From: Ostrea edulis
Taxonomy: Eukaryota
Length of the DNA stretch: 64,000 bases
Direction of reading: 5' to 3'
NCBI RefSeq assembly: GCF_947568905.1
Contig: NC_079166.1
Location: forward strand, 63,302,001-63,366,000
Every line of letters starts with the position of its first letter. Positions within the stretch are counted from its first letter, which is position 1. The notes beneath the pieces are model-generated. The model saw nothing but the letters and a program-made list of their open reading frames with translations, was not told the origin of the DNA and did no database searches. The position numbers and the translations under genes were made by a program. Positions 52,101 through 64,000 of the stretch are shown one piece after another.

Positions 52101-55100
52101 TAGTCAAAATTATTGATACAGCAAATCAATTTTTTATCTTCAATGTCTGAAATATATTCACAGTATTAAGATGTCATAAAACTTATTCGAAGTATCAATG
52201 ACGTTTTTACTCAAATAAGCCACGGTCTTACACCAATGTAAATGACGGTATCGTAGCTTCACAATAGATAATTATATTACTTCAGTAATCAAAGCTTAGT
52301 ATAGTTAATTATTTTGTCAACATTTTAACTGTACTAACTCGCAGTGTTCACAGAACTGGTTTGTGAAAAGCTATACTGAACATCGCAAGATGCAGAATGA
52401 ATTTATCCATTTAGAATACGTAGGGCCTATAGGACATTAAAAGACACTGCGTGGATGTAATGAAACACTTGAATAGATCATCGTATGACGATAAGTGGAA
52501 TTACAAAGGGCTAGCTATAGACGTTATACTGTAAATGTATTGCATTTGGCTGTGTATTCTATTTAGCGCCTTTGGCTGAACGCAGCTTCCGCTAAATCAA
52601 GTACATCGCTAAATGCCATCCGTAAATCTAGATGTTTAAAGTAATTCAGGAATACGCTAAATCAAATCTACGTTAACTTGTTGAAAAAACGATTTCCGCC
52701 AAATATCGTACACGCCAAATATAATACGTTTACAGTATGTCCCGATTCTCAAAGAGAATCACATTCTCTCACCAGAGGGCGCGTTACGCAAGCTTCTCTT
52801 ACAAGCTCGTAGCGCACGGAATTCTGGGTAGAGAATGAAAGAATCATTGCATCAACGAACGCTATTACGCCTTACAGACAGACAGCATAGCGTCAGAGTA
52901 ATGTGTTCACTGTTGCATTCGTACAAACCACTTTATTTCTGTCCAATACATTCTCATTACCTCCATTGGATAAAATCTGTCATCTATAGAGTGCTCGGAC
53001 CCTCGGACCTCACTCTGACCGAGGTGAATGTGTACCTCATGGAAAGCATAGCCGTTTATGCCGCTGTACGGAACGTTCCCGAGTTTGACCTGCGTACGGT
53101 CATCTGCCATAAAATGTGGAGAATGTCCTAAACAAAGCAGAACATAACACTGGTTATTGGTAAAAAGATAAATAGTTCATTGTTGTCGTTACGATAGGTT
53201 ATACTGGTAATGCGTCCATAAACAGCTGATTTACTGCCCCCCCTCTTTAACATACTGCCCTGGTTTCTCAATCTGCAGTAGCGAATTGTCTGACTGTGCA
53301 TATTTCGACCTTAGTGTTGATTGATTAAATATTGTTTAACGCCCTCTCGAGAATCTTTCACTCATATGGAGACGTCACCACTGCCGGTGACGGACTGCAA
53401 ACTTTAGGCCTTTACTCGGCGCTTACGGCCTTTGAGCAGGGAGAGGTCTTTATCGAGACACACCTGCTGTGACACGGGGCCTCAGTTTTTGCGGTCTCAT
53501 CCGAAGGACCGCTCCATTTAGTCGGCCCTTACGATAAGCAAGGGGTAATGAGGACCTATTCTACCCCGGGTCTCCACGGAATCTGTTGAATTAATCACAT
53601 ATTTAAATCTCTTTCTATATATACATTTTACATCCTGGTTTCCTTCCACTTGTTGGGTCGTTGCTACATTGATCAATCATGTTCTGAATCATTATAACGT
53701 TTATATCAAGCGATACTTTTCTAAGTGATGAAAAAGAAAATTAAAAACGGCGAAAATTTAAACCTTAATATTTCTAATATTGCAAGACAATAATCAGATG
53801 TTGTTTTTTTTTAATTTGACCGGGTCAGAGTAGTTTCGCAGTACTCCTTGTTTGTCATAAGAGGCGACTAAATGAGTTGGTCCTTCATATGAGACCGCAA
53901 AAACGAGTCCCCGTGTCACAGCAGGTGGGGCACGATAAAGATCCCTCCCTGCTCAAAGACCATAAGCGCTGAGTATAGGCCTAAATCTTACAGCCCTTCA
54001 CAGAAACTACAATTGTAAACTATAATAAATTATAGTGAATAGAGTACACTGTAGTGATTCATAGTGAATTCTAGTGAATAGCATACACTGTAGTGATTCA
54101 TAGTGAATTATAGTGAATAGAGTACACTGTAGTGATTCATAGTGAATTCTAGTGAATAGCGTATACTGTAGTGATTCATAGTGAACTCTAGTGAATAGCG
54201 TACATTGTAGTGATTCATAGTGAATTATAGTGAATAGAGTACACTGTAGTGATTCATAGTGAACTCTAGTGAATAGCGTACATTGTAGTGATTCATAGTG
54301 AATTATAGTGAATAGAGTACATTGTAGTGATTCATAGTGAATTATAGTGAATAGAGTACATTGTAGTGATTCATAGTGAATTATAGTGAATAGAGTACAC
54401 TGTAGTGATTCATAGTGAACTCTAGTGAATAGCGTACATTGTAGTGATTCATAGTGAATTATAGTGAATAGAGTACACTGTAGTGATTCATAGTGAACTC
54501 TAGTGAATATCGTACATTGTAGTGATTCATAGTGAATTATAGTGAATAGAGTACACTGTAGTGATTCATAGTGAATTATAGGGAATAGAGTACACTGTAG
54601 TGATTCATAGTGAATTATAGTGAATAGAATACACTGTAGTGATTCATAGTGAATTATAGTGAATAGAGTACGCTGTAGTGATTCATAGTGAATTATAGTG
54701 AATAGAGTACACTGCAGTGATTCATAGTAAATTATAGTGAATAGCGTACATTGTAGTGATTCATAGTGAATTATAGTGAATAGCGTACACTGTAGTGATT
54801 CATAGTGAACTCTAGTAAAGCATTGTGAACTCTAGTGCAGTATTGTGATCTATAATAAATCATCGCGAATTCTAGCAAAATGTTGTGAAATATTGTGAAC
54901 GCTAGTGAAATTATGTGAATTATAGTAAAGCATTGTGAACTCTAGTAAAGTATTGTGAACTATAGTAAATCATCGCGACCTGTAGCAAAATATTGTGAAA
55001 TATTGTGAATGCTAGTGAAATTATGTGAACTATAGTAAATCATTGTGAACTCTAGTGAAATAATGTAAATTATAGTAAATCATTGTGAACTCTAGTGAAA

Positions 55101-56477
55101 TAATATAAATTATAGTAAATCATTGTGAACTCTAGTGAAATAATATAAATTATAGTAGATCATTGTGAACTCTAGTGAAATAATGTAAATTATAGTAAAT
55201 CATTGTGAACTCTAGTGAAATAATATAAATTATAGTAAATCATTGTGAACTCTAGTCAAATTATGTGAACTATAGTAAATCATAATTGTAAATCATTGTG
55301 AAATTATGTAAATTATAGAGAATTATAGAGAACTATAGAGAATCAGTGAATTTTACCTAATGGAAGTTAATTATAGTGAACGATAGGGAACTGTAGTGAA
55401 TCATAATACAATATTACAAGTAGAAAAGATTTTATTGCTGTAAATCAAGGTATTATTTTTTCTATAATATCTAAGTATGTGATAATTTTGATGTAGTTAA
55501 TAAAGGTTTTTAAAATCTATTTTGTAGAAAAAAATTAAGATAAATTGTTAAAAATATCACCAGATAATTATCCCTTTTCACTCCGACGAGTCAAATGTCA
55601 ATTTTTTTCTTTGATAGTTTTTATCTAATAGGAGTATAAATCAATGAGCCACGAATTAAGATAGGTAGAAATACGATATTTCAGTGAAAAATGTGATTTT
55701 ACCATTATTTCTTATTTTGGCGCTGATCCTCTCACAAAGGTCCAGGAACTTGAGACCCCTAAAAGGGCGATAGATTGTCTCCCTTGTGTTAATGTTAATA
55801 GGAGACTGTAAGATGGACGAACAATTTCCCCAGCACGAAGTGACCCGGTCCCAAAAGTTCGGACCTGCAAGTTCAAAGAATGTTTATGAACTACTCATTA
55901 CAACTGCAAATGCATGCAAATGTTTGTTGGTTTTTTTGTTTTTTGTTTGTCAGGAATATACTTTCAGTGTTTTTTTACAATGTATAGTAAGCAAAATGAA
56001 TGTTTCATTTTTGATATAAAATGTATTTGATTTCAATAAAATACTTTCAATTATGTCGGGTAAAATAAAATCTATTTGAGTTGAGTGACAGGTATCTTTT
56101 CATAATTTCTTATAATCAAATGATATAACTCAATATTACTCAATTTACTATTGAATCTAATCATTTGTTTGTCGCGCAATCAATGAAAATTATTACCCAT
56201 GATATATAAAAAACAAAGAGAAAAGATATAAAATCGGAATGATATGCAACAATTGATTTTGCTACATTAGTTTCCACAGAATAAGGGTTGAATGTAGATA
56301 TTTCTCACCTTGACAGCTGTCTCGGTTGTAACTGAAGTGGGCCAGGTCACAGTATTTCTCTCTACAATTCCCAGTGTATCGACTCCTGTACATATATCTA
56401 GAATAAATAGATGTTCCCTGCAAAACAGTCACCGTTGTAGATAAACACAAAATAAAAAATACGGATTTCTGACACAT
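43087..56477 (-). CDS. Nacrein-like secreted alpha-carbonic anhydrase, copy A, 382 aa; complement(join(43087..43269,44251..44417,47986..48193,50830..50922,52961..53127,55703..55864,56309..56477))
   Basis: GT-AG introns with the same phases as copy B, giving 1149 nt open. Signal peptide [21 protein letters not shown]. Motifs [73 protein letters not shown] and RRPLQ. Confidence 0.93.
43760..43999 (+). mobile_element. Penelope-like 3' fragment in CA-A intron 6
   Basis: aggccgttcttggcacact ... cgttatcttcacctatcat. Confidence 0.8.
44832..45720 (-). mobile_element. Penelope-like 3' fragment in CA-A intron 5, split by a MITE
   Basis: Shared 3' UTR at 44832-45083 resumes at 45614 after the duplicated aatgatagg. 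Confidence 0.8.
45084..45613. mobile_element. 530-bp MITE with about 75-bp TIRs and a 9-bp TSD
   Basis: cattttcgctagccaagggtttacgatccg ... cggatcgtaaacccttggccagcgaagatg. TSD aatgatagg at 45075-45083 and 45614-45622. Confidence 0.9.
45811..45945. mobile_element. Short hairpin MITE (possibly Harbinger-like) inserted in a SINE remnant
   Basis: ccagggaccagttgcac ... gtgcaactgggtcctgg inverted ends. TSD not resolved. Confidence 0.5.
46730..47249. mobile_element. Second double-hairpin element (A..A' B..B')
   Basis: Palindrome 46730-46879 plus IR pair 46877-46893 / 47235-47249. Confidence 0.55.
50335..50670. repeat. 31-bp minisatellite, about 10 copies
   Basis: Unit acatatatattgtacagtatattgtgacagt. 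Confidence 0.95.
52527..52737. mobile_element. TA-bounded MITE (TACTGTAAA...TTTACAGTA) with cgctaaat subterminal repeats
   Basis: Terminal inverted 9-mers are visible. Similar degenerate elements lie at about 31760-31970, 46385-46595 and 49080-49380. Confidence 0.65.
53310..54000. mobile_element. Two inverted family-B SINE copies (53310-53580 on -, 53820-54000 on +, 3'-truncated)
   Basis: Matches to the other family-B copies in opposite orientations. Confidence 0.8.
54020..55400. repeat. Satellite array: about 20 copies of a 39-bp unit grading into a 40-bp variant, built from an approximately 10-bp subunit
   Basis: tgtagtgattcatagtgaattatagtgaatagagtacac (54050, 54089, ...); later cattgtgaactctagtgaaataatgtaaattatagtaaat. 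Confidence 0.95.
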
Positions 56478-57589
56478 ACTGCTCACGGGGACCAAACAAA
56501 AAATATATATTGGAACAACGTTTGTAAAAACAAAAGTGATTTCTAGATTCCACGGGATAGATATTTATACAGTATCATGGCGGATGTATGACATTAGTCA
56601 AGAAGTTGTACTGAATGACTAAAAACACTACTTCTTAACAGTACATCGGTGCTATCACTGGTATCCGTTTGGTGCACTCGAAATAGTCGAGGCCGGAAAC
56701 ACACGGGCATCCAAATCGTCCCAGAACAGACTGGGGAAAACCCCGGCCTGGGTCTGTTTTACTGCCAACTGTGTGCCGTCTAGGATATTCTCCTATAAAC
56801 TAATAAGTAGATGTAATATGTAACCTCGATTTACTTTCCTTTTCTTGTGAAAATCACAAACCTCCACAGTATATTTAGGAGTCTCTTCTTTAAACAAAAT
56901 TTAGTATAATTTGAACACTTTTATTCTAAACGGCTTCAAGAAAAACGATCTAGAAATCCGTTTCCAAACGTCATATACATGTAGAACATCAGAAATATAT
57001 AAATATACATGTATCTAGCAAACATAATTATCGGCCGATCTATTTGTGATTTTGCAATAAAGTGCGTACAGGAAACGAGAATTTTTTTTATTGTTTCGGT
57101 ACAATAATTCCGCGTAAATAGCATGTATAAATAATTAATATTATGAAATAAAATACTTTTTAGAAAAAATATTAACAGTTAATTGCTGTTACTAATACGT
57201 TTTGTTTTTAGTTATTATTAATAAGATGCTATTAATTTGCGATTTTATACGAAGTATTTACAAGTACTCCTTGGAAAGAAAGCGTGTAAGATATAAAAAG
57301 AACTCGTTATGAGTTTCCAGATATTAATTATATACTGACTTACCTTAAAAACAAAAAAGTGGATAATTTTCCATGATATTTATCAATTAATTAAATAAAT
57401 AAACAGATACCTGTGGTATGTGATCTTTCATGATAAACGTCAAATAATTAATTGATTTTAAATGTCCTTGTTATTTCCTGAGAGGTTAACGTGAAATGGA
57501 AGTCCAGAGGGGTGTGTCAAAAAGGTATCTAATAACGGGTATACCAACAATTAGAGATGACAGCGGCGCATGGACAACGTGTTATTGAT

Positions 57590-57850
57590 CCCGTGGGTTA
57601 GAATAGGTCCTCAGTACCCCTTGCTTGTCATAAGAGGCGATTAAATGGAGCGGTCCTTTGGATGAGATAGCAAAAACCGAGGTCCCGTGTCATAGCAGGT
57701 GTGGCACAATAAAGACCCCCCCCCCCCTTGCCAAAAAACGCCGAGGATAGTCCTAAATTTTGCAGCCCTTCACCGGCAATGGTGACGTCTCCATATGAGT
57801 AGAAAATTCTCGAGTGCATGGACGTTAAACAATATACAACCAACCAACTA
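57590..57850 (+). mobile_element. SINE-like family B
   Basis: cccgtgggttagaataggtcctcagtacccc head and aaacaatatacaaccaacc tail. Confidence 0.8.
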
Positions 57851-59410
57851 ACAGACGCTCCTAGTGGTCCTATTGGTAATGTTCTGCCACTCTTACAACA
57901 ACGCCCTTCCATTTTCTAACGGAGTCTGAGGCTGAAGATAGATCTACCTATCTCGTCCCACAAATGTTCAATCTGGTTTAAGTGTGTGGGGACATACCGG
58001 AAGAATGAAGAACGTTAATGTCGTTTGTTTAAAAGAAATTTTAAGGAAATCTTGCTGTGCGCGCGCGCACATTGCCCTGTTGAAAAAATAATCCATAACC
58101 CATGGCGTTTTACTATTTTGGACATTGTTCTAGGATAAATGGACCTCAAACTCCCCCATCGAGGCCCCATTACGTCGCCTACTTACAGAGCAGACGAACT
58201 CTGGTGGATGGAATGGAACTACCATGACGTCCAATCATTTGCCTCGCCGCAGCAGCCGTAAACCTTTTCCACAAGGGACGTAACCGTACGTACGCTTCTT
58301 GACCTGGTGTTGTCACAAACGGTCAACCAGGTCTAGGGTGATCATATCTTTATCCTGTCTGATGATACCGTCCCAACATCCGGCGTATCATACAGGGGTG
58401 GGCAATAAAACGTCTTGCTACCTTCCGCTCACTAACGCCTCCATGGAGCAGACATTGTATGGTTTAAACGTAGTGTGGTTTACTTCTTTTCTTTTCCGCT
58501 GTTGATAGAGCATCTGCAATAACCAGCAGAACGGTATCACTACGATAAACCTTGTTTTAACCTTTTCATTGGTTTTGAAAAGAGCCCAGGAATTGTCGTA
58601 TGGTGCTCTATCATAATGCGAGGATCTAAAAGTGTTTCTTCTGTTTCCATTTTTACATCAAATGTCATTTTACAATTCCAGTGTAATTTGTTGAAGATAT
58701 TAGTAGTTTAGAATGCTTGAACGTTTAGTGGCTGATATGATTTGCATCAAAATTATCTTAGAATTTCTGAGGATATCTTATTCTACAAATTCTTTGTCAG
58801 GAATAGAGTAGAAACTCAAAAATATATCTTTAACAAGAGCACTGTAAATGGGAACATAATACGCCCGTCACAAGCTAATGTAGGATGTTTTTTTCTTAAG
58901 CCATGAGTTGTAGAACTTACTCAAAATAGTACCAGCCATCATCACCTGTGATGTACTTTCTTTTTCACCGTATTGATAAAACTTCCAAGCTTAAGAACTG
59001 TGGCAGGAAATAGACAAATCAAGAGCTCTGTGTAAAATATTTCCCCAAAATTGACTGAGTTGAACAACCTGTACTTTTTTTTCAAATGTCAAAAAAAAAA
59101 AAAAAAAATTTTGGGGAATGAAATTTCATCTTCATGTTGTTTACAAAAGCCTTAGTTTGAAAATTGTGAGACGAGTGAAAGGGACAGTTCATCTACTCAT
59201 TTTATGATATTTCCGCAAAACTGATACGTTCAACAACTTGTTATTTTCTCAAGTTAACGAAAATCGTACGTGTAAAACTAAATCTACAGAAACGAAACGA
59301 AACTCGCCGAAACGAAACGAAACCTCCTGATATAGTGCAGATTCAAGTTTGTAAAAATCATGCCCCCTGGGATAGGTTGGGGTCACAATGGGGACTAAAG
59401 TTTTACATCC

Positions 59411-59413
<3 letters not shown>

Positions 59414-59464
<51 letters not shown>

Positions 59465-59576
59465 TTGTTCGTGTCGTTGGTCATTTTAGTGCTTTGTATA
59501 ATTTTTTGTATTTGACCTTGTATCCATGTTGTGGATCCGACACTTTGAGGTATCGGGTGTTGTTGGAACTTTAGTG

Positions 59577-59624
<48 letters not shown>
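59414..59624. repeat. Two (AT)n microsatellites (59414-59462 and 59581-59624)
   Basis: Direct observation. Confidence 0.95.
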
Positions 59625-59628
<4 letters not shown>

Positions 59629-59689
59629 TTTTAGATATGGGCCAAAGTGACTCACGGTGAGCGATGTTACTCATGGACCTCTTGTTAAT

Positions 59690-61480
59690 TATTATGTCTC
59701 TCCTTCAAAGGGGAGACATATTGTTTTTGTCATTTTTTCTTCTTCTTCTTCAACCAAATTTTGTCCAGGCCCTATCTAGAGAACCCTTTGACTTTAAGAC
59801 TTCAAAGGAGATGGTATGGAGGAGGGGAGCCCGCCCCCAAAGTGTTTGACCTTGACCCACTTATAAAGTCAAGGTCAATCTTTTATGTCAACATATAGTC
59901 CAGGCCAATAGCTGAGAACCCTTTGACATTACGATTTCAAATTTGGAACGTGGCAAGAGGACATAGATACAAGGTGCACTGCACCAAAATTTATGACCTT
60001 GACCACTTTCTTCATTCAAGGTCAAATTAAGAAAAACATGAATAGACCATAACTTTAGAACCCATTGACATTAAGATTTCAAACTTAGAATATGAGAAGG
60101 GGGAATGAGGAAAGGGGGAATTCCACCAATTTTTTTTTACCTTGACCTATTTATAAAGTCAAGGTCAATTTTTTGTCAAAATATAGTCCAGACCAAAAGC
60201 TGACTTGACAACCGTTTGACATTAAAACTTCAAACTTGGAATATGGAGAGATGATATAGAAGAGTGCACCAAAATTTTTGACCTTGACCACTTTCTTCAT
60301 TCAAGGTCAAATTAAGAAAAAACTAAAATTGACCATAACTTTAGAACACTTTGACATTAAGACTTCAAACTTAGAATATGAGAAGGGGGAATGAGGAAAG
60401 GGGGAATTCCACAAATTGTTTTACCTTGACCTATTTATAAAGTCAAGGTCAATTTTTTATGTCAAAATATAGTCCAGGCCAAAAGCTGACTTGACAATCG
60501 TTTGACATTAAAACTTTAAACTTGGAATATGGAGAGGTTATATGGAAGAGGGGTGCACACCACAAACATTTTTGACCTTCATCCACTTACAGTGTCAAGG
60601 ACACTCTTTTACATCAAGACTATAACCTAAGAACTATTTGACATTAGGATTTCAAACTTACAAAGCAGATATTAAGACAAGAAAGAAGTACTGTACCAAA
60701 ATAATTGACCTTGACCCAATTCTTCATTCAAGGTCACTATTTTACATCAGAGAATAGTCAAGACTATAACCTGAAAACCCTTTGACATTAGGATTTCAAA
60801 CTTACAACATGGAAAGCAGACATTAAGACAAGCTGTACTGTACCAAAATGTTTGACCTTGAACCATTTCTTCATTCAATGTCATGTTTAAGAAAAACTTG
60901 ATGATTTCATAACTAAGATTTGTTTGACATCAAGACAGCAAACTTGTAATATGGAAAGGCAATATTGAGAAGGGGCGCACATCACCAACATTTTTTACCT
61001 TGACCTACTTACATTGTCAAGGTCACTCTTTTACATTAAAGTATAGTCCAGACCTTAACCCGAGAACCCTTTGACATTAGGTTTTCAAACTTACAACATG
61101 GAAGGCAGATTTAAGACAAGATGTGCTGTACCAATTTTTTTTTACCTTGACCCATTCCTTGGAAAGCAGACAGACGAGATGAGATCATGGTTAAATGCAT
61201 TGCAGGAAATTTTTTATCTTGACCCATTTCTGAAGCAAATCAAAATCATGTCTCTCTTTCACTAACTAATAATAAAGTAATTGACTTTCATCGGGCTCTT
61301 TTATGACCAAGAAATGATTAAAAAATGTGTTCATTTCTCAAGTAACTTGTTAACCCTTTAACATCAATACACCATTCTTAGGTGTAATATTGATGCAAGC
61401 CGTTGTTATTGCCTCTTACGCTTGCACTCATTATTGCTGTCCCGGTTATTAGACAATCAAACTTTGAAGGGGAGACATCT
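59690..61480 (+). mobile_element. Helentron-associated non-autonomous element (HINE-like) with about 10 internal tandem repeats of about 140 bp
   Basis: 5' hairpin atgtctctcc-ttcaaa-ggggagacat, a (TTC)n tract, repeated gaaccctttgacatt...gaccttgacc units, and the 3' subterminal IR ctttgaaggggagacat before a T-run. Confidence 0.7.
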
Positions 61481-61519
61481 GGGTTTTTTTTGTGTTTTTT
61501 TGTAAAAAACAATACCCAC

Positions 61520-61615
61520 TAGTTATAATTAAAAGCGTTCGGTTACACAATCTGTTTCGTGTCGTTTGGTTTCGTTTCGTTTCAGTAGATTTCGTTTCGC
61601 ATTTTGCAGGTACCC
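61520..61615. mobile_element. Solo right end of the GGGTAC/(GAAAC)n foldback family
   Basis: taattaaaagcgttcggttacacaatctgtttcg...ttttgcaggtaccc matches 21600-21777. Confidence 0.7.
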
Positions 61616-64000
61616 GAATGTGATAAAAAAAAAAAATTCCAATGCAGCGCGAGTTATTTCCCTCTGAATACAAGAGGGCTCTTTATTGCATCACTATAAG
61701 GGATGGATTTGCGCCATTTACGGAATTTTTGTAAAACTTTAATGTAATTGCTGAAAATAGGATTAGAGGGACAAACCATGCACCCTCCATACAGCATTAA
61801 ATTTCAAATAAAGGGGCAAAAGTCCTACAAAAGAGGTAATAAAAGGACTCAACATAGATAAAAAAAAACCCACCCGCAACATGATTTAGAGTCACCCGCA
61901 AATAGGTTACATAACAAGTTTCAGCGCGACAGACCTAAGTCGTTAAAACAGGTAGTGACAGTTCCATCGCCAAACGTTCGGTATGTGAGTGAAATATTCT
62001 TAAGCAAGATACAATCAATCAATCAGCTTGATATATGCGAAAGAAATGAAAATAGAAACAGAAAACCTTCAACGGACGCACGGACGTACAAACTTCACTG
62101 TACCGTATAACATTAAAGACAATCTTTTTTTCTAAAATTGCATTGATACCTTTTTTATTTATGATAATGTATAATTGTAATTATGGAATGCACGTTACTT
62201 ACCTGTAACCAGGAAATGTGCATCATGGTCAATTTGTCCTTGTCTGTTTATAAAGCACAACCAGACATTTATTTGTATAGTTCTTAGCATAAATAGAAAT
62301 TATTTAGCAAGAAAACAGGATTTAGATTTTAATTTAGTTAAAACATCATACATATCATTAGGAAGCGTTGAACGAATTTGACATATATGATTTAGCACTG
62401 CAGAAATGCAATGTAAATTGAAATATAGCTGTATATGTACATTCGTGGTGATAACCCTAATTAATATACATTAATGTATTTATTTCTTAATTTGAGTAGT
62501 ATAAAAACTAATTAGAATATCATTAGTACTTTTCTGTTTTAAAGATATACACACTTCAATTTTGCTCTTCTCTGTTTAGTGATTATATGAATTTGGTGAA
62601 TGTTGGCCGAGTTTGTTTTGAAAAATTTCGCTAACTTGTCACACCCAACGACTGCCCATGCTCACCAAAATATGATCAATAACCCCTTAACTATATGATA
62701 AAGGTTAAGTTATATTTCCGTTGTTCTATGCTGATAATGTTTATATTTTCATATTAAAATGGAAACTGAAGCATTACCGGCACTTATCTATTTAGAGTCA
62801 AACTATGAAGATTGTTAACATTCATACATTACATCGATTATCATTACTCACAAAGTGAAATGTAATAAAGTTAACTCGTTTTCGGAACGCTTCGGCACGG
62901 ATCCTATCATTTCATGAAAAGTTGGCGTTTAATAGTGTCCCGGGTGTTGCAGGCCAATCTCTCTATAATTTAGGAACATTTTCATCGCTGCAATATTTTG
63001 TAGTTTTTGCCCAGTGTTAGTACTTTTATTACGGAGAACCCTACAGTACATACTCCGTGACACATTCATTGTAATGGGTCTCTTCCTACCTTTATTGGTT
63101 GGAACTTTTAAGTAGAAACAAATACTGCTAAACTTGATAGAATATTTAAGAGACAATATCACAATTTAAGAAAATCGGGCTTGACAAAGTAAACTTCTTG
63201 TATTTTAACACCCCACTCTATTGTTTGGGAAATCAGTTGTAGGCCAAGTGAACACTTTATCTAGGAAAAAACCACATCTAATGAAATCATATGTCATTCA
63301 TTATTTTTGAAGGTGTATAGGCATAAAACATGACTGTAGAAATTTTACCACATGACTTTACGAGGACAGTATTTTTCTCGCGTAATGTTGCGGAAAGATC
63401 CGAAAGCATATATTTTGTTTTACTACATGACTTTACGGAAACTGTCGAGAACAGTAATTGTCCAGTGCATCGTCATGAAAAAGAAGTTATTTTCAATCGA
63501 GGTTAACGCACGTACATTGTGTGCTGTTCTACCAGAGACATATATAACAGAGACTGTCAACTACCTCAAGTCTCATATTATCTCGCGGTCCCCTATTTCT
63601 CGGTAAAAATGCACACACTGAATTAAATTGCGTATACCGATTGTAGCACGTTCAAATCTTCCAACTCCTATCACTAAAACAATTAAAGATACAATGTTTT
63701 CAGAAGACGCTTTACGTCAAAGTAACCACTTCAAAGTAAAATGAAAGTGAAGTTTCAAAAGGTGACACATGATCAAAACTCGGAAAAATCGGCGAGATTT
63801 CAGGAAATGTTTACGATTTGCCTTCTTTTTTGATAATAGTATACTAGTATTTGTTGATCGTAAAATCATTTTAAAACTTGTCATGTTCGGTTCCAATTTA
63901 TTGATAGGAGTGAAATAAACTTAAATCAGCATCAATTTATCAAACCAGAAAATAGGGAATAACAATTAACACCGTAAGTGGGACCGTGACATATTTTAAG

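Noticed and set aside
33043-55400. Regularly spaced 28-47-bp repeats as possible CRISPR arrays
   Set aside because: The units are directly adjacent with no unique spacers, there are no cas genes, and the context is eukaryotic and intronic.
58139-58500. GC-richer frame MDLKLPHRGP...RLHGADIVWFKR
   Set aside because: Four stops in about 120 codons is close to random expectation, and no motif was recognised. Probably a TE relic.
59335-59674. ORFs with YIYIYI runs
   Set aside because: (AT)n microsatellites.
59265-61615. One large GGGTAC foldback element enclosing the HINE
   Set aside because: The left end is too degenerate and the 9-bp flanks do not match.

Overview
AT-rich, intron-containing animal DNA. 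It is almost certainly bivalve and most likely oyster (Ostreidae), judged from nacrein-like genes, Cg170-like satellite monomers and the repeat families; the species is not determined. Four spliced genes could be rebuilt by hand from GT-AG junctions with compatible phases. (1) An intact secreted C1q-domain protein (+, 5947-7152, 182 aa). (2) A type I membrane C-type lectin (-, 9282-14971) with an in-frame TAA, so probably a pseudogene or null allele; its 5' exon was not found. (3, 4) Two intact, tandem, 7-exon nacrein-like alpha-carbonic anhydrases (-, 25196-38179, 356 aa; -, 43087-56477, 382 aa). Both keep the Zn-binding His residues, lack the Gly-X-Asn repeat and carry a strongly basic Arg/Lys insert where pearl-oyster nacrein is acidic. 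The rest is a dense repeat landscape: about 13 remnants of a Penelope-like (probably Naiad) retroelement, SINEs with interchangeable heads, CR1-like and mariner relics, MITEs with 5-bp, 9-bp, TA and TTAA target duplications, Helentron-type elements, minisatellites and one 159-N gap. The most unusual structures are an inverted head-to-head tRNA-SINE dimer split by a foldback element, a minisatellite grown from a splice donor, and double-hairpin cassettes. No databases or tools were used; family names come from recalled motifs and need confirmation.
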